The position numbers and the translations under genes were made by a program. Source: a bacterium (GTDB taxonomy: Archaea; Thermoplasmatota; E2; JACPAO01; JAHFTW01). From it: 64,000 nucleotides of DNA. Positions within the stretch are counted from its first letter, which is position 1; each line of letters opens with the position of its first letter. A model generated the notes under the pieces. That model saw nothing but the letters and a program-made list of their open reading frames with translations, searched no databases and was not told the DNA's origin. Where the stretch lies: positions 96,001 to 160,000 of the forward strand of contig JAZJZE010000009.1 in assembly GCA_040390065.1 (NCBI GenBank), in the 5' to 3' direction. This document shows positions 48,454-57,168 of the stretch, piece by piece.

Positions 48454-49358
48454 GGGCCAATCAACGTCGCCGCATTGTCATGCAAGATCATGCGATTCGC
48501 CTTCTCCGACAGTCCGAGAGCGAGGAACGATTCGACGTTCTTGCCCATTCCCGGGACTCCGGGTCCTGGCCAGTCGCTTCCCCAGAGGGTCCGCGGCGCC
48601 AACGCCTCGAGGTCGCCAAAGTAGTCTGGCAGCTTCTTCGGTGGGCAACTCGACACGTCGAGCCAGGCGTTCGGGAACTCTGCCAGAATGGCAAGGGCCT
48701 CCTGCGTCTCGTCCGGTCGCCCGCCGTGCGCAATGACCACCTTGAGTTTGGGGAAGGTCTGGCACACCTTGCGCAGGCGCGACGGTGAGCCGAACTTGTT
48801 TGACGCGCCCGGGAACTTGCTCGTGCCGGTATGGAAGATGACGGGCATGCCGCGTCGTTCACATTCCCGCAGCGCCGGCCGCAGGCGCCGCCCGTCGGGT
48901 CGCAAATGTTGGTGGACGGCGTGGATCTTCAGTGCCCGGATGCCCAGGTCCGCCAGCTTGCCGACGGCCTCCTCGCCGTCGCCGTCGTGCCGCGGGTCGT
49001 AGCCGCCAACGGCGACCAGGCGCGTGGGGTCGGCCTCGACGTACCCGCCGATCCAGTCGTTGACTTCCCACCCGTAGCCCATCACTTCCTTGGCGCAGTA
49101 ATTGACGAGCCACGCCTGCCGGATGCCCTCGCGGTCCATGTGTTCCAGGAACGCGGTTGCATCGGCCTGGAATTCCTGCATGAGGTGAAACGTGGGGTTC
49201 TGGCGGATGAGGGCCTGCGCCGCCGGCGTCATGAGGTCGAAGCGGTTGACGTGCACGTGGCCGTCGACGACCGGGATGCCTGCATGAGGCCACTTGCCCG
49301 CCGGGACGGTCTTGGCCTTGGTGGGCGTCGATTTGGGCTTGGGCGCACGCGTTGCCAT
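48450..49358 (-). CDS. Amidohydrolase_2 family protein
   Basis: DGHVH, LKIH, FHTG, AHGG, WGSDWP. Confidence 0.9.
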   Translation of the reverse strand: MATRAPKPKSTPTKAKTVPAGKWPHAGIPVVDGHVHVNRFDLMTPAAQALIRQNPTFHLMQEFQADATAFLEHMDREGIRQAWLVNYCAKEVMGYGWEVNDWIGGYVEADPTRLVAVGGYDPRHDGDGEEAVGKLADLGIRALKIHAVHQHLRPDGRRLRPALRECERRGMPVIFHTGTSKFPGASNKFGSPSRLRKVCQTFPKLKVVIAHGGRPDETQEALAILAEFPNAWLDVSSCPPKKLPDYFGDLEALAPRTLWGSDWPGPGVPGMGKNVESFLALGLSEKANRMILHDNAATLIGP

Positions 49359-49384
49359 GCTGTCGAAGGTGAGGCGTCCAACCT

Positions 49385-50161
49385 TCATGTGCGTGGCGGA
49401 CGCGGCACTGCGGCCTTGGAAAGGAAGGCCTGCACCCGCCGCTTCGACTCTTCGCGTGCGTGCAACGACACGAATTCGTCCACCTCCATGGCAAGGCCGC
49501 GCTGGTAATCAACCGTCACGGCGGCGTGAAGGGCGCGCTTCGCGGCCGCCACGGCGACCGGGTCTTGGGCCGCCATGCGCGAAGCCATGGCCACGGCCGA
49601 AGGCAGGACCGTTTCAGGGGAAAGCACGATGTCGACCAAGCCAAGGATTTGCGCTTCGGCCCCGTCGACAGCGTGCCCCGTGAACACGAGACGACCGGCG
49701 TGGCTTCGACCGATGAGGCGTACCAGTCGCTGCGTTCCCCCGCCTCCTGGAATCAAGCCGAAGGAGATTTCCGGCTGACCCAGCCGGGCCGCGGCACTGC
49801 AGGCCCGCCAATCGCAAGCCGTCGCGAGTTCGAGGCCGGCTCCGAGGGCATCCCCGTTGATGGCCGCGATGACGGGCTTGCGCAGCCCTTCGATGACTGA
49901 GTAGATGTGCGGCGGCTGCAGGAAGGCGGCTTGCTGCTCGCTGGTGCGCGCCGCAAGTTCCCCGAGGTCGGCGCCAGCGGCGAAGGCAGAGCCTGCCCCC
50001 GTGATGACGATGGCGCCGACGCTCGCGTCGTTTTCCGCTTCGTGCAGGTTTGCAATGAGTTCGAGGCGCAAGGCGGCGCTGAGGGCGTTGCGCTGCTCGG
50101 GACGGTTGAGGGTGAGGATCCGGACGCGCCCTTCGTCCTTCGACAAGACCAAACCACTCAT
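49385..50161 (-). CDS. Enoyl-CoA hydratase (PaaF-like)
   Basis: AFAAGADL, ALGAGLE, QPEISFGLIPGGGGTQRL. Confidence 0.92.
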   Translation of the reverse strand: MSGLVLSKDEGRVRILTLNRPEQRNALSAALRLELIANLHEAENDASVGAIVITGAGSAFAAGADLGELAARTSEQQAAFLQPPHIYSVIEGLRKPVIAAINGDALGAGLELATACDWRACSAAARLGQPEISFGLIPGGGGTQRLVRLIGRSHAGRLVFTGHAVDGAEAQILGLVDIVLSPETVLPSAVAMASRMAAQDPVAVAAAKRALHAAVTVDYQRGLAMEVDEFVSLHAREESKRRVQAFLSKAAVPRPPRT

Positions 50162-51042
50162 GACAATCGTCGCTCCATGGGTTTTCCCGTCGACCAGTCG
50201 TAGATTCCTTTGCCGGACTTCTTGCCGACCTCGCCGCGCTCCACGAGGCGACGCGCGAAGGCGGGGCTGTCGAACTGCGATCCGCCGAGTTCGCGCTTGA
50301 GATAGTCGCTGATGGCAAGGCGGACGTCGAGTCCCACGAGGTCGGACAATTCGAGCGGGCCCATCGGGTGGCCGTAGCCGAGACGCATCGCCGTGTCGAT
50401 GTCGCTGGCCGAGGCGACGCCGGATTCGAGCATGCGCATGGCCTCGTTGCCAAGCACGATGCCCAGGCGGCTCGTGGCAAAACCGGGAACGTCCTTGGCG
50501 ACGATCGTGGTCTTGCCGAGCCGGTCGCCGACCGCGCGGGCCGCGGCGACGGTGGCGTCGGAGGCGGCGTCGTGGCGGACAATCTCGAGGAGTTTCATGA
50601 GCGGCACCGGATTGAAGAAGTGCATGCCGACGACGGCCTGCGGCCGCTTCGTGGCGGCGGCGATCTGGGCGATGCTGAGACTTGACGTGTTCGTGGCGAG
50701 GACCGCGTGCGGGGGCGCCCATCGGTCCGCGTCCCGGAAGACGTCCTGTTTGAGGGCCATGTTCTCGGGGACGGCTTCGATCACGAGGTCGCTCTTGGCA
50801 AGCGCGTCGCGCAGCGGGGTCTTGGCGTCGAGGTTCGCGGTCCACGCATCCCGCTGCGCCGTCGTGGTCTTGCCCTTGGCGATGCCCGCGGCCCAGAACT
50901 CCTCGATGCGCGCGACGCCCCTGGCCAGCCCGGCCGGGATGGCGTCGTGCAGGTAGGTGTAGTACCCGGCTTGGGCGCACACTTGCGCGATGCCCGCGCC
51001 CATCGTGCCGGCGCCGACGATGGTGACGGTCTTGACGTCCAT
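50158..51042 (-). CDS. 3-hydroxyacyl-CoA dehydrogenase (PaaH/Hbd-like)
   Basis: GAGTMGAG, EAVPE, NTSSL, GMHFFNP, PMGPL. Confidence 0.94.
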   Translation of the reverse strand: MDVKTVTIVGAGTMGAGIAQVCAQAGYYTYLHDAIPAGLARGVARIEEFWAAGIAKGKTTTAQRDAWTANLDAKTPLRDALAKSDLVIEAVPENMALKQDVFRDADRWAPPHAVLATNTSSLSIAQIAAATKRPQAVVGMHFFNPVPLMKLLEIVRHDAASDATVAAARAVGDRLGKTTIVAKDVPGFATSRLGIVLGNEAMRMLESGVASASDIDTAMRLGYGHPMGPLELSDLVGLDVRLAISDYLKRELGGSQFDSPAFARRLVERGEVGKKSGKGIYDWSTGKPMERRLS

Positions 51043-51080
51043 CGGGGGCCGCGAGGGCGCAACCCGGTGAAAGGCTTGCC

Positions 51081-51695
51081 TCAGCTCAGGTCGAAGTGCG
51101 TCGTCCCCGTGACGGTGTCCATGCCGTTCACCGTCGGCCCCGTCGCCTTCAGGGTCGCCGCCAAGGTGAAGGAGATGGTCCCGGGGATGGCGGTGAGGTC
51201 GAACTCGATGGGGCTGTCGCCTGTTGCCGACCCCATGGCGTTGCCGTCCGCATCGGCGACGCTGAAGGTGTTCGTGACGGCGGCGCTGCTTGGGGGGGCC
51301 CCGGAGAACGTTGCCTTCGCGTGCCCCTTCGTGAAGGGACCGCCCGTGCTCGACGAGATGTCGGGGCTCGTGCAAGTGAGCGTGACGCTTGGCCCCGCAA
51401 AGGTCTGGCCGCCGCCGGCAAAGGTGCATTCGACGCTGACGGGTGCCGGCGCGCCCTTCGTCGCGTTGGCGGGCGGGGCGGACGTGGTCGTCGTCGTGGA
51501 GGACGTGGACGAGGAACTTGAACTGGGAGTCGTGCTCGGTGGCTGCGTCGTGGTCGTGGTGGATGGCGCGTCCGACGTTCCGGGGTGGCCGGGGTTGGTG
51601 GCTCCAGGCTCCGACGAGGACCCTGTGCCGGGGCTGCTGGAGCTGCAGCCCGCCAGGACGAGGGCACCAAGCAACGCGATGAGGACGATACGCAT
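51081..51695 (-). CDS. Ser/Thr-rich lipoprotein
   Basis: LVLAGC lipobox; poly-Ser/Thr linker; beta-rich domain. Confidence 0.8.
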   Translation of the reverse strand: MRIVLIALLGALVLAGCSSSSPGTGSSSEPGATNPGHPGTSDAPSTTTTTQPPSTTPSSSSSSTSSTTTTTSAPPANATKGAPAPVSVECTFAGGGQTFAGPSVTLTCTSPDISSSTGGPFTKGHAKATFSGAPPSSAAVTNTFSVADADGNAMGSATGDSPIEFDLTAIPGTISFTLAATLKATGPTVNGMDTVTGTTHFDLS

Positions 51696-51731
51696 GGGCG
51701 GGCGCCAAGCCTGGCCCCCTATGAGCGTTGT

Positions 51732-51767
51732 GTCAGGCCTTGCGGAAATCCGGTTTGCGGCGCGCGA
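51732..51767 (-). repeat. Exact 36-bp duplicate of the 3' end of the enoyl-CoA hydratase gene at 52568
   Basis: GTCAGGCCTTGCGGAAATCCGGTTTGCGGCGCGCGA is identical to 52567-52602. Confidence 0.95.
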
Positions 51768-51781
51768 CGGATGAGATTCCC

Positions 51782-52531
51782 TCACAGGCCTGCCGCCCGG
51801 GAAACGGGCTTCACGCACCTGAAGTCGAGGAGCTGCGTCGTCGAGGTGTTTCCACTCGCGTCCGTCCACACCGTGCGCACGGGGCCGCAAGCTGCCGGGG
51901 CGTACCAGGTCGTCATCGTGCGTTGGAACGTCGGGGTGTCCCACGAGGAGATCTCGGTCACGATCTTGAACGCCGCAAACGTCCCGGCCGGTACGGACAC
52001 CATCTCGCTGCCGACGACGTGGGCGTCCTGCTGCACGTGCCACCCCGCGGCCGGGCCGCGCGAGTCATGAAGCGTACAGGCGTCCGTCCACGCGGCCCCG
52101 ACCCGCAGCGGCCAATGGCGATCTGGGCACGGCGGCGAATAGACGCGGGTCTGCGGGGGGCCCCCGGCGGATGAGCGCTCCTCGAGGTTGGCGTCGTCCG
52201 ACACGCGTTGCCACTTCACGCTGTGGATGGCCGTGTGGGTTCCGTCCCCAGGCTGCCGGTCGATGTCGGTCTGCACACGGGCCGCCGCGTAGGTCGTCCC
52301 GAGGACCGTCCAGTTCTCGAGGGCCATGACCGTGATTTGCGCGTCGTCGCGCATGTCGTTGTACTGGGGATTCGTCTCGATTTCGGATTCGTGCCAGGAA
52401 TCGCCCACCGTGCGGTCCGGGGCTGCCGCGTCCGGCATCACAACCGTCGCGACTTGGCTTTCGCGATGCCCGGTGCAACCCGCCGACGCTGCCGTTGCCA
52501 GAGCGAAACATGCGAGGGCGACGAGCTTCAT
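51782..52531 (-). CDS. Lipoprotein with VSVPAGTF beta domain (cargo)
   Basis: SAGC lipobox; EMVSVPAGTFAAFKI...TWYAP..G.V. Confidence 0.78.
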   Translation of the reverse strand: MKLVALACFALATAASAGCTGHRESQVATVVMPDAAAPDRTVGDSWHESEIETNPQYNDMRDDAQITVMALENWTVLGTTYAAARVQTDIDRQPGDGTHTAIHSVKWQRVSDDANLEERSSAGGPPQTRVYSPPCPDRHWPLRVGAAWTDACTLHDSRGPAAGWHVQQDAHVVGSEMVSVPAGTFAAFKIVTEISSWDTPTFQRTMTTWYAPAACGPVRTVWTDASGNTSTTQLLDFRCVKPVSRAAGL

Positions 52532-52567
52532 GGCCGGGCCTACTTTCCTGCCTTCAAAACCATTCGG

Positions 52568-53350
52568 TCAGGCCTTGCGGAAATCCGGTTTGCGGCGCGC
52601 GAAGAAGGCGTCGCGCCCCTCGGCGTGCTCACGCGTGAGGAAGGCTGCAGCTTGCAGGTGCGCCTCGCGCTCCAAGGCTTCGGGGAGCGGCGCCTCGGCG
52701 TTGAGTTGCAAGGCGCGCTTGGACAGGGCGAACGTCGCCGCGGGACCCTCGGCGAGGGCGGCAGCCAGGTGCGCGACGGCGCCGGCCAGCTGTTGTGGCG
52801 GCACGGCTCGCAGCACGAGGCCCCACGCCACGGCGTCCTGCGCGGAGAACGGCGCCGCCGTCCAGGCGAGGTGCTTGGCCCGCTGCAGTCCGAGGCGGCG
52901 CGGCAGCAGCCACGTCGCACCGGTATCAGGGATCAAGCCGACATGCCGAAAACTCAGGGAGAATTGGGCGTCTTCGGCGACGATGGCGAGGTCGCACTGG
53001 AACGCTAGGATAGCGCCAGCCCCGTAGGCGTTCCCCTGCACCTGCGCGATGACGGGTTTGGGCAAGTCGTGCAACGCGAGGACGACCCGGTTGAGGCCGG
53101 TGCGCAGGCGGTGCAGGGTGGCCTGGGCATCGCCCGCAAACTCGCGCATGACTTGGATGTCGCCGCCGGCCGAGAACATGTCGCCGGCCGCCGCCACCAC
53201 GACGACCCGGACGTCTGCATCGTCGCGGGCCGCCTCGAGCGCTTCTGCCAGCTGGCCGAGGGTATCCAGGTCGAGGGCGTTCTTCTTCTCGGGACGCGAC
53301 AAGGTCAGGGTGAGGATGCCCGCGTCGAGACGGGAAGCCAGCGCTGCCAC
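52568..53350 (-). CDS. Enoyl-CoA hydratase/isomerase
   Basis: FSAGGDI, AYGAG, GLIPDTG; start inferred. Confidence 0.9.
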   Translation of the reverse strand: MAALASRLDAGILTLTLSRPEKKNALDLDTLGQLAEALEAARDDADVRVVVVAAAGDMFSAGGDIQVMREFAGDAQATLHRLRTGLNRVVLALHDLPKPVIAQVQGNAYGAGAILAFQCDLAIVAEDAQFSLSFRHVGLIPDTGATWLLPRRLGLQRAKHLAWTAAPFSAQDAVAWGLVLRAVPPQQLAGAVAHLAAALAEGPAATFALSKRALQLNAEAPLPEALEREAHLQAAAFLTREHAEGRDAFFARRKPDFRKA

Positions 53351-53390
53351 AGGCCGGCGGAGCCCGTGTCTCTCTTTGGCCGTGTTGGTG

Positions 53391-55238
53391 CTATGCCGTT
53401 GCCCGGCGCGGCGCCTTGGTCTTGCCAGTGGGGCCGGCAACCCGCATCCCGGCAGGCTCGCCGAGGGGGTTCACGGATCCCTTCGACTCGATGTCCACGG
53501 CCACCTCGGCCACGGGCTGGCCCCGCAGCGTTGCGAGCAGTTCGACGAGTCGACCCCGTTCAGGCCCGTCCCGCGGCGCGGCGTCGAGGGCGCTTGCGCA
53601 TGCCTGGTCCGCCTCGTCATGGCGGCCAAGGCGTTCGAGGCACAGGGCACGCTTCCAGGCGGCGTCGGCGCAGCGGGCGGGCTCCACGGCGTCGCGGAAG
53701 GCCGCGAGGGCCTCCTCGTAGAGCGGCAGGGCCACGGCCGGCTTGCCGTTGTGCAGCGCAATGTCGGCCTTCTCGTCCTGGATGAGGCCCCAGAGGTGAC
53801 GTTCGCGCACCTCGGATTGCGGGAACAGCCCGAGGATGCCGAGATACAAGGCCTGGTACCCGGCATCGACGAAGTCGAAGTCGCGCAAGTCGAGGTTCTG
53901 CCGCAGGAGTTCGAGGACCTTTGGCCGTTGGCCGGCGGCGACGAAGTGGTGCATCGCCTCGAGACGCCCCTCGACCGTGCCCTTGGCCACGTAATGTGCC
54001 GCCGCGCGGCCGTGCAGCGTCGCCTTGTCCTCGAGTCTGCTGTAGAAGAAATTCTGCACGACCTCATGCAACTGGAACGTGCCGCGCGCCTCCGAGACGA
54101 GCATGCGTCGCCGCAGCGTGGCGAGAACGGCATCCAGGCGGCGGCGCGACACGGCGGCCAGGTCGGCGGCGCCGAAGCCGGGACGCAGGAGGCTGGCATG
54201 CGACAAGGCGAGGCGTTCGTCGTCGGACAAGCCGTCATGCAGTTCCTGCAGGAGCCAGGTCTCGAGGTCGCGTTCCGGGATGCGGTCGAGGAGGGATTCG
54301 AGGGAGCCTGCCTGTTGGGCCGCCTGGGCCAGCAGTTGCAGTCCGAGGGGATGTCCGCCGACTTCCGCGCGAAGCTTGCCGTAGAGGGCCGCATCGACCG
54401 TGAGCCCGCGGCTTTCCAGGACTGCGGCCGCGTCCGCGTCAGGAAGACCGGAAAGATGCAGGACTGCAAGACCTGGGGTCGCGGGATTGTGGCCGATCCA
54501 TTCGCGGCTTGCGATGACGAGTTTGCCGTGGCGGACGCGGGCGACGGCGTCGGCGAGCAGGTTGCGCACGGCTGGGTCCTCGGCGCGGTGGGCTTCGTCG
54601 AGGATGACGATGCCCGCGTGGGCGTCGATGGCAGCGATGGTGGCGTCGGCGAGTTGCGCGGGGTCGGCGCCGAGGCGTTCCATGAGGGACGAATCGCCGT
54701 ACTGGGCGAGGTGGAGGGCGACCTGGTTGGCGAGCCACGCCACGGATTCGACGCCCCGCAGCGAACGCCAGAAGACGGGGCGACCCTCGGGCTGCGACCG
54801 GGCGTAGCGGGCCAGGAGCGACGTCTTGCCGATGCCGGGCATGCCGAGCACCAGGACGACGGGCTCCGGTCCTGCGAGGCGTGCCAGTTCGCCTTGGCGG
54901 CCGACGAAGCCGGCGTCGTCAGGGATGGGGATCGGCGTGGGGGCGCGTGCAGCACGGGCCTGCGCCTTGCCGACCTGGACGGACAGGCCGGACGGCGTGA
55001 TGCCGATGGTCACGAGGTCGGCGGCGAGCCGGTAGAGCTTGACGTTCTTGCCTTGCCTCTCCCAGCGGCCCTCGACGAGGCCGAGCGATTCGAGGCGCTT
55101 GAGACGCCGGGCCACCTCGGTCTCGGACAAGCCGAGGAGGGCTCCCATGCGGCGCGGGTATGACGGCTCGACGGCGAGCAGCGTCAGCAGGGCCTGGGTC
55201 GACGCGTTGGCGACCTCACGCAGGACCTCCTTGGACAC
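53391..55238 (-). CDS. wHTH + P-loop (STAND/MalT-like) + TPR regulator
   Basis: N-terminal wHTH, FVGR..EL, GMPGIGKT, ILDEAH, GGHPLGL, LHEVV, helical repeats. Confidence 0.85.
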   Translation of the reverse strand: MSKEVLREVANASTQALLTLLAVEPSYPRRMGALLGLSETEVARRLKRLESLGLVEGRWERQGKNVKLYRLAADLVTIGITPSGLSVQVGKAQARAARAPTPIPIPDDAGFVGRQGELARLAGPEPVVLVLGMPGIGKTSLLARYARSQPEGRPVFWRSLRGVESVAWLANQVALHLAQYGDSSLMERLGADPAQLADATIAAIDAHAGIVILDEAHRAEDPAVRNLLADAVARVRHGKLVIASREWIGHNPATPGLAVLHLSGLPDADAAAVLESRGLTVDAALYGKLRAEVGGHPLGLQLLAQAAQQAGSLESLLDRIPERDLETWLLQELHDGLSDDERLALSHASLLRPGFGAADLAAVSRRRLDAVLATLRRRMLVSEARGTFQLHEVVQNFFYSRLEDKATLHGRAAAHYVAKGTVEGRLEAMHHFVAAGQRPKVLELLRQNLDLRDFDFVDAGYQALYLGILGLFPQSEVRERHLWGLIQDEKADIALHNGKPAVALPLYEEALAAFRDAVEPARCADAAWKRALCLERLGRHDEADQACASALDAAPRDGPERGRLVELLATLRGQPVAEVAVDIESKGSVNPLGEPAGMRVAGPTGKTKAPRRATA

Positions 55239-55372
55239 GGGCGCCCAACTGGGCGGACGGGATTTAATCCAACCCACAGGGCGGGGCGGGCACCCGTGGG
55301 GCGCGGTCTGTCGGCCCGGCGCACAGCGAGGCTCATTAACCCCCCCGCGACGAGCGCCGGGTCGGTGGTCCC

Positions 55373-56158
55373 ATGACCGCGAACCAAGCATCCTGGAAGC
55401 CTGCAACGATGATTGCCCTCCTGGCCCTGGCGGCGGCTCCTCTTCTGCCCATGGCCTCGGCCTGCACGACGGATTCCCTGCTGTGCCCGGCGGATTCGAC
55501 CCGCGACTCGGCCCTCGGCGCCATGGCCGACGCGGAAGGCCAAGCAACGGGCGCGGTGGACGACGTCCAGGAGACGTACGTCCCGGCCGTCCTCGCGGCG
55601 GAGTCCGACGCCTTCGGGCAAGTCGACGGCGCCCGCGGGGCCGCCGATGACGCCTTCACGACGACCCTCCCGGCCGCCGTGGCCGCCATCGAAGGCGCGC
55701 CAGGCATGGCGGCGGACACGGCCCTCCCCGTGATCGTGAGCCTGCCCGGCATGGTCAACGGCAAGACCCACCAGGCGGACGCCTCCATCACGGACCTGCA
55801 GGACAACACTGTCGGCCCCGCGGTTGGCGGCATCGATGACACGGTCGCAAGCGTCCAGGAGGACTTGAGCGACTTCCAGGCGGACCCGGTCGACTGGACC
55901 CTGGCCTTCGAGTACCAGTTCGAGGAACCCGTCGACAAGGACGTCAACGACGTCTGGACCATCTACATCCAGCCGAGCCTGGACGGCGTCAACGACGTCA
56001 TCTCCGGCCTCCACCTGGACCCGGTCTTCGACATCTATGACGGCCTGAAGGGCGCCGCCTTCGAGGCGGCCAACTACAACTACGGCCTCCTGGCGAACAG
56101 GATCAGCGCCTTGCCCCCCGAGTCGACCCTCGAGGGAGCCGAAGCCGGCCTCCCGTAG
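55373..56158 (+). CDS. Secreted acidic protein
   Basis: Signal peptide, Cys pair, Asp-rich amphipathic helices. Confidence 0.75.
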   Translation: MTANQASWKPATMIALLALAAAPLLPMASACTTDSLLCPADSTRDSALGAMADAEGQATGAVDDVQETYVPAVLAAESDAFGQVDGARGAADDAFTTTLPAAVAAIEGAPGMAADTALPVIVSLPGMVNGKTHQADASITDLQDNTVGPAVGGIDDTVASVQEDLSDFQADPVDWTLAFEYQFEEPVDKDVNDVWTIYIQPSLDGVNDVISGLHLDPVFDIYDGLKGAAFEAANYNYGLLANRISALPPESTLEGAEAGLP

Positions 56159-56331
56159 ACCCGATGGATTCCCCTCCTCCCCTCTTCCCCCCTTTCTCTT
56201 ACCTCTTCTTGTGGCCTCCTGGGTACGGCCGCGGATTGCCGGCGCGCCTCCTGGTTTGCCCTGGTCTGCTTGGCCGACCCACACCCAGCCTTGATACCCC
56301 TGCCAGGGCGACTGGGTGCTGGTGATGGTCC

Positions 56332-57138
56332 ATGACAACCAAACTGTTCCGCCGCGTCCTTGTATCGCTCCTGCTGGTGGTGGCCTCGAGCGCCGCCGCC
56401 CTGCCGGTCGCCGGACTGGCCCAGATCCGCTCCCCGTTGTGGGAGGGCTGCATGAACGGCGCCTGCTCGTCCGCCCTGTCGGCGGCGGACACCAAGCCCC
56501 TGCCCGACCGCTTGGCCCTCAAGGACCCGACCGACATGGCCGCGTCCTTGCGCCTCGAATCCAAGGACTTGGCCGACCGCTCGGGCGGGGTCGCCGACCG
56601 CGGCCGCGCGCAAGTCCTGGCGCTGGCCCATCAGGCGCAAGTCTTGGCGGGCCGCGCCGCCGACGCTGCCAGCTACCTGGCCGGCCTCGGCCTTGCCGAC
56701 GCCGCCCGCGAGATGGCCGACTTGTCGGCGCGCCTTGACCGCCTGGAGGCGGACCTCATGCGCATGGCCGACACGCTTGCCGCCTGGACCTTCCTGCAGG
56801 TCGCGGGCGCGTCTGCGTGGGCTCGGGAAACGGTGGACGCGGTGGCCGCCGACGCTGCCGACCTCGCCGCCTGGGCGCAGTCCGAAGCCGGATTGCTTGC
56901 CGCCGACGGCAGCCAGCTGGCCGAGGCCGCGGCCGGCGACGCGCAACGCCAAGCGGCCGAGACCGCCGACCAGGCTTCCGGCGCGGCCGACGATCTCGGC
57001 GTCGCGGCGCAACGCTTGGCTGACGACGCCCAGGACTGGGCTGGAGACGGGGCGGACGCTGGTGGGGCCGCCGCGCAGGCGGTCCTCGACAGTGCAGGCA
57101 TCCTGGTGGCGTGGGTCGGCGGCTACGCCGGCCTGTAA
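56332..57138 (+). CDS. Secreted Ala/Asp-rich helical (apolipoprotein-like) protein
   Basis: Signal peptide, C-x4-C, repetitive amphipathic helices. Confidence 0.72.
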   Translation: MTTKLFRRVLVSLLLVVASSAAALPVAGLAQIRSPLWEGCMNGACSSALSAADTKPLPDRLALKDPTDMAASLRLESKDLADRSGGVADRGRAQVLALAHQAQVLAGRAADAASYLAGLGLADAAREMADLSARLDRLEADLMRMADTLAAWTFLQVAGASAWARETVDAVAADAADLAAWAQSEAGLLAADGSQLAEAAAGDAQRQAAETADQASGAADDLGVAAQRLADDAQDWAGDGADAGGAAAQAVLDSAGILVAWVGGYAGL

Positions 57139-57168
57139 ACTCGCCGTCCGCGCAACCCTGCCCCTCAA

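Noticed and set aside
56165-56215. Pyrimidine-rich quasi-periodic tract
   Set aside because: No clear inverted partner or second copy; it may simply be a terminator-like tract.
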